Source of the DNA: Pyrodictium delaneyi
Lineage (GTDB): Archaea; Thermoproteota; Thermoprotei_A; Sulfolobales; Pyrodictiaceae
Length of the DNA stretch: 32,000 nt
NCBI RefSeq assembly: GCF_001412615.1
Contig: NZ_CP013011.1
Location: forward strand, 1 to 32,000
Direction of reading: 5' to 3'
Within the stretch, counting starts at the first letter, position 1; every line of letters begins with the position of its first letter. A model generated the notes under the pieces. That model had not been told where the DNA came from. It was given only the letters and a program-made list of their open reading frames with translations, and ran no database searches. Of the stretch, positions 14,744 through 23,236 are shown one piece after another. The translations under genes were made by a program, and so were the position numbers.

Positions 14744-16798
14744 ATGAAGCTGCATAGTCTGGCTGCAGTAATCCTTTTAGCCACACTAGTCTTGAATCAT
14801 GTGTCGCTCCTCGCTACCTCTATGGAGCCACTATATCAGTGGACTAGCACAGTGGAACTTCAGGTACCAGGTGTAGCATTAACACCCAACGGTTACATAG
14901 GCACCATGTCTAAGCTAATAGTAACTGTTGCATGGCCTGGAAAAGGTATAGTATACTTCTCTGCCGATCCACTAACAGAATTAGATACACAAGCTGCGGC
15001 AAGAATGGCGGCGCTTATAGCATCAATATTAGCTGGCGTAAATTACTATTCATACGACTACTTTATACGTTTAGAGTCAAATACATCTATAGTAGGCGGA
15101 CCCAGTGCGAGCGGCGCTATGGCTGTAGCCATTCTTGCAGCACTACGTGGCATAAATGTACCGACAAACTTCTCCATGACAGGAATGGTTGATCCCGATG
15201 CCACTTTGGGGCCTGTTGGCGGCATCCCACAGAAACTCGAAGCTGCCGCTAGGGCAGGCGTGAAGGTCTTCGTCATACCCATTGGGGAACGCTATAGCAC
15301 GGATCTTAATACGGGCGAGAAAGTAGACATAGTAGCTCTTGGGAGGGAACTAGGCGTCAACGTGATAGAGGCAAGCACTATAGCTGACGCTTATGAGATA
15401 GCAACCGGTGACAAGCTAACTCCCAAAAACGTTACACTCGACATCAGTTACCCGCCATGGCTTGTTTCAAGTCTCAATGAGAGCATTAACTTCTATAAGA
15501 AAACTGCACGCTCGAACATGACGTGTGCCGAGGAAGCACTATCTGGCCTATCAACATCTTTGGCCTCGTCTTTGGTAGATATACTGCGTGATGCCAAGCA
15601 CAATATGGATGTAGGAACAAAACTGGAGGCTGCTGGAAAGCTCTATGCTGCTGCCTCTAGATACTTTGCAGCTGCTATCGAGACAACTTATGCATGCAAC
15701 ACTGCAAAAGCATATAGCTCGACTAACCCACTACAAGTGCTGACGAAATTGTCAATGAGCTATATAAATGAGACAACAGCTATACTCCAAAATGTCGAGA
15801 ACAAGTTCAACGAGTCTCTAAGAGCTAATATGACCTCAATAACTGATGTACAACTTCAACTATACATAGCCTCTATGACTAGACTTCTGGACGCAAATAG
15901 CAGCCTAAACACTGCCTCAGCCCTGCTAGGCATAGCCGAGAAGGCTGCCAGCTACCAAGCATTACAAGCATTGAGTAGAGCGCTACAGGCAGCAATATAC
16001 GCCTATTACAGGGCGTTGACCGCCAACCACTGGCTGACGCTGGCACTGCAAGCCGCAGACGATGGGGAGCCTATCAACCTAGACCTTCTATATAGGAGTG
16101 TAGAGACCTATACTTACTTTGCGGAATCAGCCGTAAACTATCTCCAAACCCTTGGTGTAAACATAGCAGATACAGCTGAGCAAATAGCGCTAGCAAAGGA
16201 TGTAATACAACGAGGCATGGAGAGAAGAGACCCTGTCAAAGTATTACAAGCACTAGCTTACACAGTGAAGGGTTTAGCCGATGTTAATAGCCAGCTCCAC
16301 GCAGTGTTCAATACAGGCATAGCTGTTCTCGATGCATCAAAGAGAAGTCTCTCCGTACTGCTACAAAGACTGGCAGATCTCAATGTCACACTGATACTCC
16401 CACTGCTCTACACAGAGTATGCCGACACGCTGGTTGACGTGAATGCCAAGCTAGGTCTGTATGTACAATCGTCAAGCTACGCATTACTACTTGCTTTAGT
16501 AGCAAATAAGCAAGCAGGAACCCCGATAACTGCTTTACAAGGTGGAGAGAAGTGCTCCTCAGAGACGATGACAGTCACGAAGACAACTACCATAGTAAAC
16601 ACTACTACAACTACAGTTGAAAAGACTATAACAGTTACTAGTACAACTACAACCACTGAGACTATCAGCAAAACCGTAGCTGGAGAGACTGGGTCTACAA
16701 GATCATCGCCAACTCTCCAGCTATTAAGCTACGTACTAGTAGCCGGAATAGCACTGGCTGTGGGTGTTGCATCAGAACGCATGAGAAGACAGCCATAA
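14744..16798 (+). CDS. Secreted, membrane-anchored Lon-like (S16) serine protease-domain protein with a long helical region, Thr-rich stalk and C-terminal TM anchor, 684 aa
   Basis: Signal peptide is AAVILLATLVLNHVSLLA. Lon proteolytic-domain motifs are GGPSASGAMAVAI (Ser) and GPVGGIPQKLEAAARAGVKVFVIP (Lys). Many N-x-S/T sequons are present. TVTKTTTIVNTTTTTVEKTITVTSTTTTTE is followed by LLSYVLVAGIALAVGVA. Confidence 0.75.
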   Translation: MKLHSLAAVILLATLVLNHVSLLATSMEPLYQWTSTVELQVPGVALTPNGYIGTMSKLIVTVAWPGKGIVYFSADPLTELDTQAAARMAALIASILAGVNYYSYDYFIRLESNTSIVGGPSASGAMAVAILAALRGINVPTNFSMTGMVDPDATLGPVGGIPQKLEAAARAGVKVFVIPIGERYSTDLNTGEKVDIVALGRELGVNVIEASTIADAYEIATGDKLTPKNVTLDISYPPWLVSSLNESINFYKKTARSNMTCAEEALSGLSTSLASSLVDILRDAKHNMDVGTKLEAAGKLYAAASRYFAAAIETTYACNTAKAYSSTNPLQVLTKLSMSYINETTAILQNVENKFNESLRANMTSITDVQLQLYIASMTRLLDANSSLNTASALLGIAEKAASYQALQALSRALQAAIYAYYRALTANHWLTLALQAADDGEPINLDLLYRSVETYTYFAESAVNYLQTLGVNIADTAEQIALAKDVIQRGMERRDPVKVLQALAYTVKGLADVNSQLHAVFNTGIAVLDASKRSLSVLLQRLADLNVTLILPLLYTEYADTLVDVNAKLGLYVQSSSYALLLALVANKQAGTPITALQGGEKCSSETMTVTKTTTIVNTTTTTVEKTITVTSTTTTTETISKTVAGETGSTRSSPTLQLLSYVLVAGIALAVGVASERMRRQP

Positions 16799-16827
16799 TA
16801 TGACTAACAGTTCATATGGAGCTAGGC

Positions 16828-17703
16828 CTAAACCCATGGCACGTCCCCGGGATCCTTGACGTTAATCATCACGCTGATTTTTAGCCCGAGACTCTGTAGA
16901 GCTTTACTGACATCCATACTGACACGCTCATAGTCTATTCTTACTGATCTCCGGATAGCCGCTGGATGTGATCTCCTCGGCACCCAGACAGTAATCTCAA
17001 TTTCTACACCATCTGGCATCCTCTTGGAGGAAATGCCTGCAACACTATAGCCCACCATGCTGGCGAGAATACTCGCCGCCTTATACAGCGGTGTATCATG
17101 CATCAAGCTCTCTCTAGCAAGCGCCTCTGGGGTCCTAGAGAGATACACTGCCAGTTCACGCGAAAGCAGGAGCGCATATTCTACACGTGGATCGTCTAAA
17201 TCAAGCTTGTGCAGTTTGTCCTCTAAACCAGCTCTAATCGCCAATGAGTATGCCTGAAGCACTGTACGCTGTGGCAGAGTCTCTATACCGCAGCCCGTAG
17301 CCGTTATAACTTCGGACTCAGCTACAATAGACGGTGCTCCTTTCCGTTTTACCAGCCAGGCCGCAGCTACTACCGAACTCCTACCACATCCGCGGAAGCA
17401 ATGCACAAGTACCGGTTCATCCATCCTTCTAACGATATATGCCAACTCGGGAAGTGTTGGGGCATTGTACTCTCCTATAGGCCGCCAAACTAGCTTAACA
17501 GTACTCCCTAGGCTGCGTGGGTCGTAGCCGCCACCATATACGTGCTCTATGGGTGTTGCCAGCGACACTATGGTGTTAAACATTGAAATTATTTCCTCTA
17601 CATCATCCGGCCTGGGCATTGGAGAGACCGCTATCCGGTTCTTCTCGAGCCAGTACAGCCTAAATCTCGGCGCTATGGAGGGAATAGGCTCCAATCCAGG
17701 CAC
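16828..17703 (-). CDS. Cys-based protein phosphatase (dual-specificity/PTP-like) with an uncharacterised C-terminal domain of about 130 aa, 291 aa
   Basis: VLVHCFRGCGRSSVVAAAWL is the HCx5R(S/T) P-loop. The start lies 3 nt from the stop of the NikR-like gene. Confidence 0.75.
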   Translation of the reverse strand: MPGLEPIPSIAPRFRLYWLEKNRIAVSPMPRPDDVEEIISMFNTIVSLATPIEHVYGGGYDPRSLGSTVKLVWRPIGEYNAPTLPELAYIVRRMDEPVLVHCFRGCGRSSVVAAAWLVKRKGAPSIVAESEVITATGCGIETLPQRTVLQAYSLAIRAGLEDKLHKLDLDDPRVEYALLLSRELAVYLSRTPEALARESLMHDTPLYKAASILASMVGYSVAGISSKRMPDGVEIEITVWVPRRSHPAAIRRSVRIDYERVSMDVSKALQSLGLKISVMINVKDPGDVPWV

Positions 17704-17705
17704 CT

Positions 17706-18152
17706 CTACTCTGTATTCACCTCTACAGTCTTGTTGACTGTTGAGAACGGTATGTATCTTACATTGCAGCCTCTAACTGATGATAGCTTTGTATGCATCT
17801 CAGCTATCTTCCCCGAGGAGCCTTGCACAACGACTATCTCTGTACACAACCCGTTAACATGGATATGCGTAGTACTTAGGATTATATCCTTGTACTCATC
17901 GAGTATAGACGCTACCCTACCCCGGTCAAAGCTGCCAGAGATTATCATAACGCCGCTACACTCGTGGTCATACAGATAATGCTTATACTCGTTTAGAAAT
18001 GACGCTACTGCATGCTCTACGAGCCTAGACCGGTCTGTCCGTAGCCGGGCAGCTAGAGCGTCAAGCTCCTCAGCCATACCGCTGGGGAGAGAGACGCCGA
18101 AACGTCTTCTCCGAGTCAACACTGTATACCTCCTATCGGGATTTAGCCACAA
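17706..18152 (-). CDS. NikR-family metal-responsive regulator (RHH plus ACT-like metal-binding domain), 148 aa
   Basis: RRFGVSLPSGMAEELDALAARLRTDRSRLVEHAVASFL forms the RHH. The C-terminal region GVMIISGSFD...TTHIHVNGLCTEIVVVQGSSGKI follows the NikR H-x-H...C pattern. Confidence 0.7.
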   Translation of the reverse strand: MWLNPDRRYTVLTRRRRFGVSLPSGMAEELDALAARLRTDRSRLVEHAVASFLNEYKHYLYDHECSGVMIISGSFDRGRVASILDEYKDIILSTTHIHVNGLCTEIVVVQGSSGKIAEMHTKLSSVRGCNVRYIPFSTVNKTVEVNTE

Positions 18153-18996
18153 AGGCTACGTAAATGAGGAGCATGACTAGACCGGTTGCACCTGCGGGGG
18201 ATAACCCCAGCATAAGGCTGAGTATGAGGCCTAGCCCGGCAGCGATCAGGGCTGTGGAGACTGATAGTAGTATAGCTTCACGGGCACTACGCGCATACAT
18301 TGACGCCGCTGCACCAGGTAGTAGTATGAGGACGTGTTCCAGGACGAAGCCTACTATTTGAACCATTGTACTTACTACCACACCGACCATCGTGAAGAAG
18401 ATTAGATCATGGAGCCATACTGGCATTCCTGTTATCTTCGCCAGATCCCTCTCAACGCCTAGGTATATCTGCTCTCTGTAGCTTAGTACAACTAGTATAC
18501 ATACTGCTAGAGCCGTAACTACAGCTATCCATGCCTCCCACGAGCTTACGAGCAGTGGGTCACCAAATACTATTGATGTTATGTCTGCCCCACCCGCTGT
18601 TGTCTTGGCGTAGTAGGCTAGTATGACGCTAGTAGAGGCCGAGAAAGAGACGAGAACCGAGGTGGCTATGTCGGGTTCCACACCACTAAATATCATATAG
18701 CCAGCCATATATACTAGCAGTACCGTCACGACTATCGTTGATATGTACGCTGAGGTATTCATACTGCCTGTCACTAGTATTGCTAGAAGTGCAGCTAGCA
18801 AAGCCGAGTGAGGAGTAGCCCCAGCAAGGAAGAAGAGTTTACGTGCTGCAACTAGGGCACTCAGCAACCCGAAGGCTAGCCCAGCAGCAAGTACAGCTAA
18901 CGCCGGGTACACTGATATCCGGACATAATACATTGATAGCGACAAAATGGCAAGGATAGTGGCTATGACGAATACAACGACTTCTGCAATTCTCAA
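18133..18996 (-). CDS. ABC-3 family metal (Zn/Mn/Fe) transporter permease, 287 aa
   Basis: Highly hydrophobic multi-TM protein. It lies between a TroA-like binding protein gene and the regulator, opposite the ABC ATPase gene. Confidence 0.8.
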   Translation of the reverse strand: MRIAEVVVFVIATILAILSLSMYYVRISVYPALAVLAAGLAFGLLSALVAARKLFFLAGATPHSALLAALLAILVTGSMNTSAYISTIVVTVLLVYMAGYMIFSGVEPDIATSVLVSFSASTSVILAYYAKTTAGGADITSIVFGDPLLVSSWEAWIAVVTALAVCILVVLSYREQIYLGVERDLAKITGMPVWLHDLIFFTMVGVVVSTMVQIVGFVLEHVLILLPGAAASMYARSAREAILLSVSTALIAAGLGLILSLMLGLSPAGATGLVMLLIYVAFVAKSR

Positions 18997-19010
18997 CGTC
19001 GGTACCCCTA

Positions 19011-19946
19011 TTACTTTGTCTGTAATATTTTGGCTAATACTTTGATTTCTTCCACTAATTGTTTCAATTTTTCTGGAATTGTTCCGGGTGCATAAGGGGA
19101 TGGAACACGTAACACCGGCATATCGTACTCCTTTGCTAACTCGAGCAGCCCAGCATCTGTGCGGGTAGCCGGATTGTCGTTAAGCACTGCTATGGCTGCA
19201 ACTGTTATCAGTTTATTCTTCATAAGTTTCCTAACTTGTTCTATATCATCCGGAGAGACCGGCACACCATGCTCCTTACTAAGAAGCTTTACAACATCTA
19301 TCCCTAGCCAGTTTACTGCATACTGTATATAGGGAAGCGAAGCTACGGCCTTGACATGGACTCTAGGCGCATTATTAATAAGCTTCTCAACCTCCGCCTC
19401 AAGCATCGAGGCCTGGCCCAGATAGTGGCTACTACAACTTGGTCTTAGAGCAGCTAGTCTAGCTGCAACCTCCTTTAAGAACAAGACATAGTTGTGGGGA
19501 TCGTATATTATCATGTGCGGATTTGCTACTCCTGTATCTGGATTGATGAGCAATCTCATACCCTTGATGCTTGGTATCTCCAGTAGCTTATCTTTACCTA
19601 CTAGCGACCTAAGTTTTATCTCGAAGGACGCATGCCCCAGAGTTATTACTAGATCAGCTTTCTTCACGTGCTCTATATCGTCTATTGTGAGCTGATATTC
19701 GTGTGGATCTACGCTGGACGATGATATAACATAGATCTTGTCATCGCTACAGAGTAGCTGGGATACCTCGTTTTTCAGATTAGGAAAGCTAACAACTATG
19801 AGGAGACCGTCTTCTCTGTCACCGTCTGCGGAGCTATCCGTTTGCCTAATGGTATACATGGTTAATAGCGCTGTCAGGGCAAGAGTAGCTAGTATTAGCG
19901 GTACTAGTGGGCGCCACCTATCCATACATGTCTCCCGAGACATCAT
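19011..19946 (-). CDS. TroA/ZnuA-like metal ABC transporter substrate-binding protein (start at ATG 19946/19943 or 19925; the track extends to GTG 19958)
   Basis: Signal/TM segment is RWRPLVPLILATLALTALL. DPHEYQLTIDDIEHVKKADLVITLGHASFE is typical of cluster-9 binding proteins. Confidence 0.8.
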   Translation of the reverse strand: MMSRETCMDRWRPLVPLILATLALTALLTMYTIRQTDSSADGDREDGLLIVVSFPNLKNEVSQLLCSDDKIYVISSSSVDPHEYQLTIDDIEHVKKADLVITLGHASFEIKLRSLVGKDKLLEIPSIKGMRLLINPDTGVANPHMIIYDPHNYVLFLKEVAARLAALRPSCSSHYLGQASMLEAEVEKLINNAPRVHVKAVASLPYIQYAVNWLGIDVVKLLSKEHGVPVSPDDIEQVRKLMKNKLITVAAIAVLNDNPATRTDAGLLELAKEYDMPVLRVPSPYAPGTIPEKLKQLVEEIKVLAKILQTK

Positions 19947-19949
19947 CTC

Positions 19950-19989
19950 TGTGCACACTGCTTATAATATTTCTCAAACAGTGTGCACA
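19950..19989. promoter_or_regulatory. Divergent promoter with a perfect 11-bp inverted repeat (TGTGCACACTG / CAGTGTGCACA) bracketing the TATA box CTTATAATATT
   Basis: Read directly. The arms are at 19950-19960 and 19979-19989, with an 18-bp spacer containing the TATA element. It lies between the binding-protein and ATPase genes. Confidence 0.65.
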
Positions 19990-20004
19990 AGATGGGGTAT
20001 AGCA

Positions 20005-20802
20005 GTGCAGGAAACATGTAAAGCAAAGGAGGTAGAACTCGTATCAGTTGAGGTATCGTTCAACTCTACTAAGGTACTTGAGGTAAACCATCTCCGCTTA
20101 CAAGGGCCTGCCTTAGTGCAGGTGCTCGGCCCTAACGGTGCAGGAAAGACTACTCTATTGAAGACTATTCTGGGCCTCATTAGTCCTAGGAGAGGCCATG
20201 TCTTTGTATGTAGAGACAGTACGACAGGAAGACCGGATAGGGCTGGCCGTTTTATAGGCTATGTTCCTCAGCTTATTACCACCCTTAACCATTTCCCGGT
20301 AACTCCATGGGAAATAGTAGAGTACGAGATTATGGCGCGTAGTAGGAGTACACCTTTTCCCGGGAGAACAGGGAGCATTAGGGGCCGTGTAGAGGCCTCC
20401 TTGAGGGCTGTAGGCCTCCAGCCAGATGCTTGGTTTAAGCCTCTCCGCAGCCTTAGTGGCGGTCAGCGGCAACGTGCCTTTATAGCCAGAGCGCTTGTCC
20501 ACGATCCTCCGATACTGTTGATGGATGAGCCGTTCTCCGCTGTCGATCCTGGAGGGAGGGTTGAGCTAGCAAAGCTAATAGCTTCGCTAGCTCGTAATCG
20601 CCTCGTCATAGTAACTAGTCATGATCCTATGCTTTTAATAGACTATACTGACCTAGTAGTCCTTGTTAACCGCAGAGTAGTAGCCGTTGGCGAGCCCCAT
20701 GATGTGCTGAGAGAAGACATACTAGTAGAGGTTTATGGCGCCGCTATACTCCGTGTCGGAGATCATATACATATCAGTGATGAGCATAGAATAGTTGGCT
20801 AA
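20005..20802 (+). CDS. Metal ABC transporter ATP-binding protein, about 265 aa from GTG 20005
   Basis: Walker A is GPNGAGKTTL, the signature is LSGGQRQR and Walker B is ILLMDEP. The track ORF start (19738) overlaps the opposite-strand gene. GTG 20005 lies about 35-40 nt after the TATA. Confidence 0.85.
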   Translation: MQETCKAKEVELVSVEVSFNSTKVLEVNHLRLQGPALVQVLGPNGAGKTTLLKTILGLISPRRGHVFVCRDSTTGRPDRAGRFIGYVPQLITTLNHFPVTPWEIVEYEIMARSRSTPFPGRTGSIRGRVEASLRAVGLQPDAWFKPLRSLSGGQRQRAFIARALVHDPPILLMDEPFSAVDPGGRVELAKLIASLARNRLVIVTSHDPMLLIDYTDLVVLVNRRVVAVGEPHDVLREDILVEVYGAAILRVGDHIHISDEHRIVG

Positions 20803-20835
20803 CAGTACAAAGCTCTAGCTCTTAACATACTCTTT

Positions 20836-21702
20836 ATGCACTCACGGGGAAAGGAGCTGAGGAATGAGGCCATGAACCGCCGGTGCAGCCCGGATCTTGT
20901 CCTAGCAGATAACGCTCTAACGAGAGCCTTGAGAGATGCTCTAAAAGCTGTAAAAGATGAGTATCCCCTTCTCGATGAAAGTGTTGAAGAGATAGCTGTG
21001 TCTCGGAGGTTTACCCTTGTCCGGCTAGCCGGTGGAAGTATAGGTATCGCTTTCTCTGGCGAGTATGAACCGCCGCCAGAGGAGCTTATACTTGGGAGTG
21101 TTACTGTCTCTGAGCTAGCCCAATATGCGTGGAGACATCCTAGCCTCACTAGCCTCGCACTCGCCGCTGCAAACGCTGCTACCAATGTGTTGGTCGAAAA
21201 GAAGCCCCACTTGGAGGGTCTCATGTACGATAGAGATGTTGTTGACGTGGTTAATCCGGGGCCAGAGGAGTCTATAGCTCTTGTGGGATATGTACGAGGC
21301 ATTGCACGCAAACTGGCCACGAGAGCAGGCAAGATTGTAGTCTACGAAGATAATCCCGTGCACCGGGCCTTTGCCCGCGAGGACGGGTTCATCACGTATC
21401 CGGGTAGTCAACTACTCCTAGACGCAGAAGACTATGATGTCATAATAGCTACTGGGGCAAGCCTTCTAGACCCTCGCATCATCGCCGTGTTCGCTAACGC
21501 AAAGAGGGCCCGTCTACGTGGCTTTGTCGGCCCGACATCGAGCTTCCATATAGCGGCTGCCAGACCTCTAGGTGCCGACTTCATAGCAGGGATAAGCATT
21601 CCTAGCAGCCACAGAGATACCGTGGCAAGACTCGTTAAGGCAGGCTACGGGTTTAAGCGTATATCACGCTTCGCGACGAAATGGATATGGTTACCGCCAT
21701 AA
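20836..21702 (+). CDS. Putative DUF4213/DUF364-like (heavy-metal-chelation Rossmann-like) protein, 288 aa
   Basis: A pattern such as VSRRFTLVRLAGGSIGIAFS is followed by a Rossmann-like IALVGY...VIIATGASL region. The genomic context is next to the metal transporter. The family assignment comes from memory of the family pattern only. Confidence 0.45.
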   Translation: MHSRGKELRNEAMNRRCSPDLVLADNALTRALRDALKAVKDEYPLLDESVEEIAVSRRFTLVRLAGGSIGIAFSGEYEPPPEELILGSVTVSELAQYAWRHPSLTSLALAAANAATNVLVEKKPHLEGLMYDRDVVDVVNPGPEESIALVGYVRGIARKLATRAGKIVVYEDNPVHRAFAREDGFITYPGSQLLLDAEDYDVIIATGASLLDPRIIAVFANAKRARLRGFVGPTSSFHIAAARPLGADFIAGISIPSSHRDTVARLVKAGYGFKRISRFATKWIWLPP

Positions 21703-22030
21703 CTGCCGCTTTGGGTAGGCGAGGCCTGGAGCAGCGAAATAGTCAATAGCATCGGAAACCAGGAGAACATGGTATTCTTGGGGGCGATGAGGAGCGGTCA
21801 CGGGACGGACCGCCCTCTGACCAGGAGACACGGCGGGCTGGTATGAGGAGCGCATTCCTTGTCCGAGGCCCTCCTAGAGCCCAGCGATATAACTGGGCAA
21901 GCATTATTCTAGGGTCTTCCACCTAGTGGATGAGGAGTGCCGAGTTCGCTGATGGATGCCCCGCGCGGCATAGCAGCCAGCTGATGAGGCCCTTGTGCAG
22001 GCTTCGAGCCGACACTTCACGGCTAGCCTG

Positions 22031-22735
22031 CTACCTACCCTTCACGATACTGTATATTATCTTCTCTACCTCGCTCCGCTCTACCTCATTGACCGGCGGC
22101 CTCCTGCCTACTGTGCAGCCTGCCTCTATTCTCCCGCGGCTACAGTACATAGCCTCACTTAGCTGCCCTCTAAGTTCGGCTGGCGGCAGTATCGCTGCCG
22201 CACGTAGATCGCCCTTACGCACATCCTTGAGGTTCGTGACTATGGTGTAGGTGAATATGCCCCGGGCACGCGTTATGTATAGGTTATCAGCATTAGGATG
22301 CTTAGCCACGCTGAGCACTTCAACACACTCGATATCCACCGCATAGAGGGGATCATTGTCGTCTCCCAAGCTCAGTCTTGCTGGGAGACCGTAGAGCGTC
22401 CTTATCGCATACTTTATCTCTGCTATAGTATGCCTGGTCTTCTGGTCTATCTGAGTCTTCTCCAGCCATTCCCGAGGCAGTAGTATTGCTGCTAGCTCCC
22501 GGGAGAGTTCCTGTAGTTTCTTGGTCGGCTCGCTATGGGCTAGCATAGTGGGCGGCATGAAGCTGAACTTTATCTGCATTAGCGTCGAGCGGACTTCGCC
22601 GTGTAGCTCGAGTGCTTTCTTCCAGTTGACTGGTATCGGTAGCTTCTTCGCCCTTATGATGGACTCCAGCATGCCTAGAGCGTGCTCAGCTACGAGTATC
22701 CTGTAATCGCTACGCGTATCACTCACGACTAGCAC
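22031..22735 (-). CDS. Protein with an uncharacterised helical N-domain (about 130 aa) fused to a C-terminal tRNA-binding OB-fold (Trbp111/CsaA/EMAP-II-like), 234 aa
   Basis: VEVLSVAKHPNADNLYITRARGIFTYTIVTNLKDVRKGDLRAAAILPPAELRGQLSEAMYCS matches the HPNAD(K/N)LY...G...V...P.A.L.G..SEGM pattern of tRNA_bind domains. Confidence 0.7.
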   Translation of the reverse strand: MLVVSDTRSDYRILVAEHALGMLESIIRAKKLPIPVNWKKALELHGEVRSTLMQIKFSFMPPTMLAHSEPTKKLQELSRELAAILLPREWLEKTQIDQKTRHTIAEIKYAIRTLYGLPARLSLGDDNDPLYAVDIECVEVLSVAKHPNADNLYITRARGIFTYTIVTNLKDVRKGDLRAAAILPPAELRGQLSEAMYCSRGRIEAGCTVGRRPPVNEVERSEVEKIIYSIVKGR

Positions 22736-22759
22736 CCCGGAGAGGATATTCTCTCTCCG

Positions 22760-23104
22760 TTACTCCTCCATCTCGGCGAGTCGTTCAAGGGCTAGACGCA
22801 TCTGTGCATACACTATGGGCTTCTTCGCTGTTATCTTCTGCACGAGTTCCTCGACGCTCTTAGCAAAGCTATAGAGGCCGTAGGGCGTGTAGAATACTTC
22901 GCTACAGTGCCACATGTGGGGTTTTAGTGACCCTTCGGCAACAGTCTTTGCATATATCCAGTCGTAGTAGCTGGCTACGGCTATGAGTACACCATCCCCG
23001 TCCCCACAGTATATTAGTGAGCATTCACTGCCGCTCTCTACCTCCACAGCTTTGCTGCAGGCCCCAGCCTTTCTTAGTTCCTCGATGAGCAATTCCGCCG
23101 ACAC
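22760..23104 (-). CDS. Hypothetical protein, 114 aa (GTG start, GGGGAG upstream)
   Basis: ORF with balanced composition, 25 nt upstream of the tRNA-binding-domain gene. Confidence 0.55.
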   Translation of the reverse strand: MSAELLIEELRKAGACSKAVEVESGSECSLIYCGDGDGVLIAVASYYDWIYAKTVAEGSLKPHMWHCSEVFYTPYGLYSFAKSVEELVQKITAKKPIVYAQMRLALERLAEMEE

Positions 23105-23236
23105 ACTCTCCCCTAGTGAAACCAGGCATGCCTAGCAGAAGAAGTCTATGTACCTAATTCTACTCACCGAGGAAGGGCCTCTAGAGGATAGTCAACCACA
23201 GGGATATGGGTAAAATAGAGGAACTGGACGCCAGCG

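Noticed and set aside
19738-20004. N-terminal 89-codon extension of the ABC ATPase ORF in the track
   Set aside because: It overlaps the opposite-strand binding-protein gene and the shared promoter. The conserved ABC fold begins just after GTG 20005.
20799-21411. Minus-strand ORFs 20799..21332 and 21115..21411
   Set aside because: They are antisense to the DUF364-like gene and have a Ser/Thr/Ala/Arg-rich shadow-ORF composition.
21981-22012. CUGAUGAGG followed by a GCC/GGC stem looked like a hammerhead ribozyme core
   Set aside because: The required GAAA element and a cleavage-site helix are absent. The box is better explained as a C'-type box.
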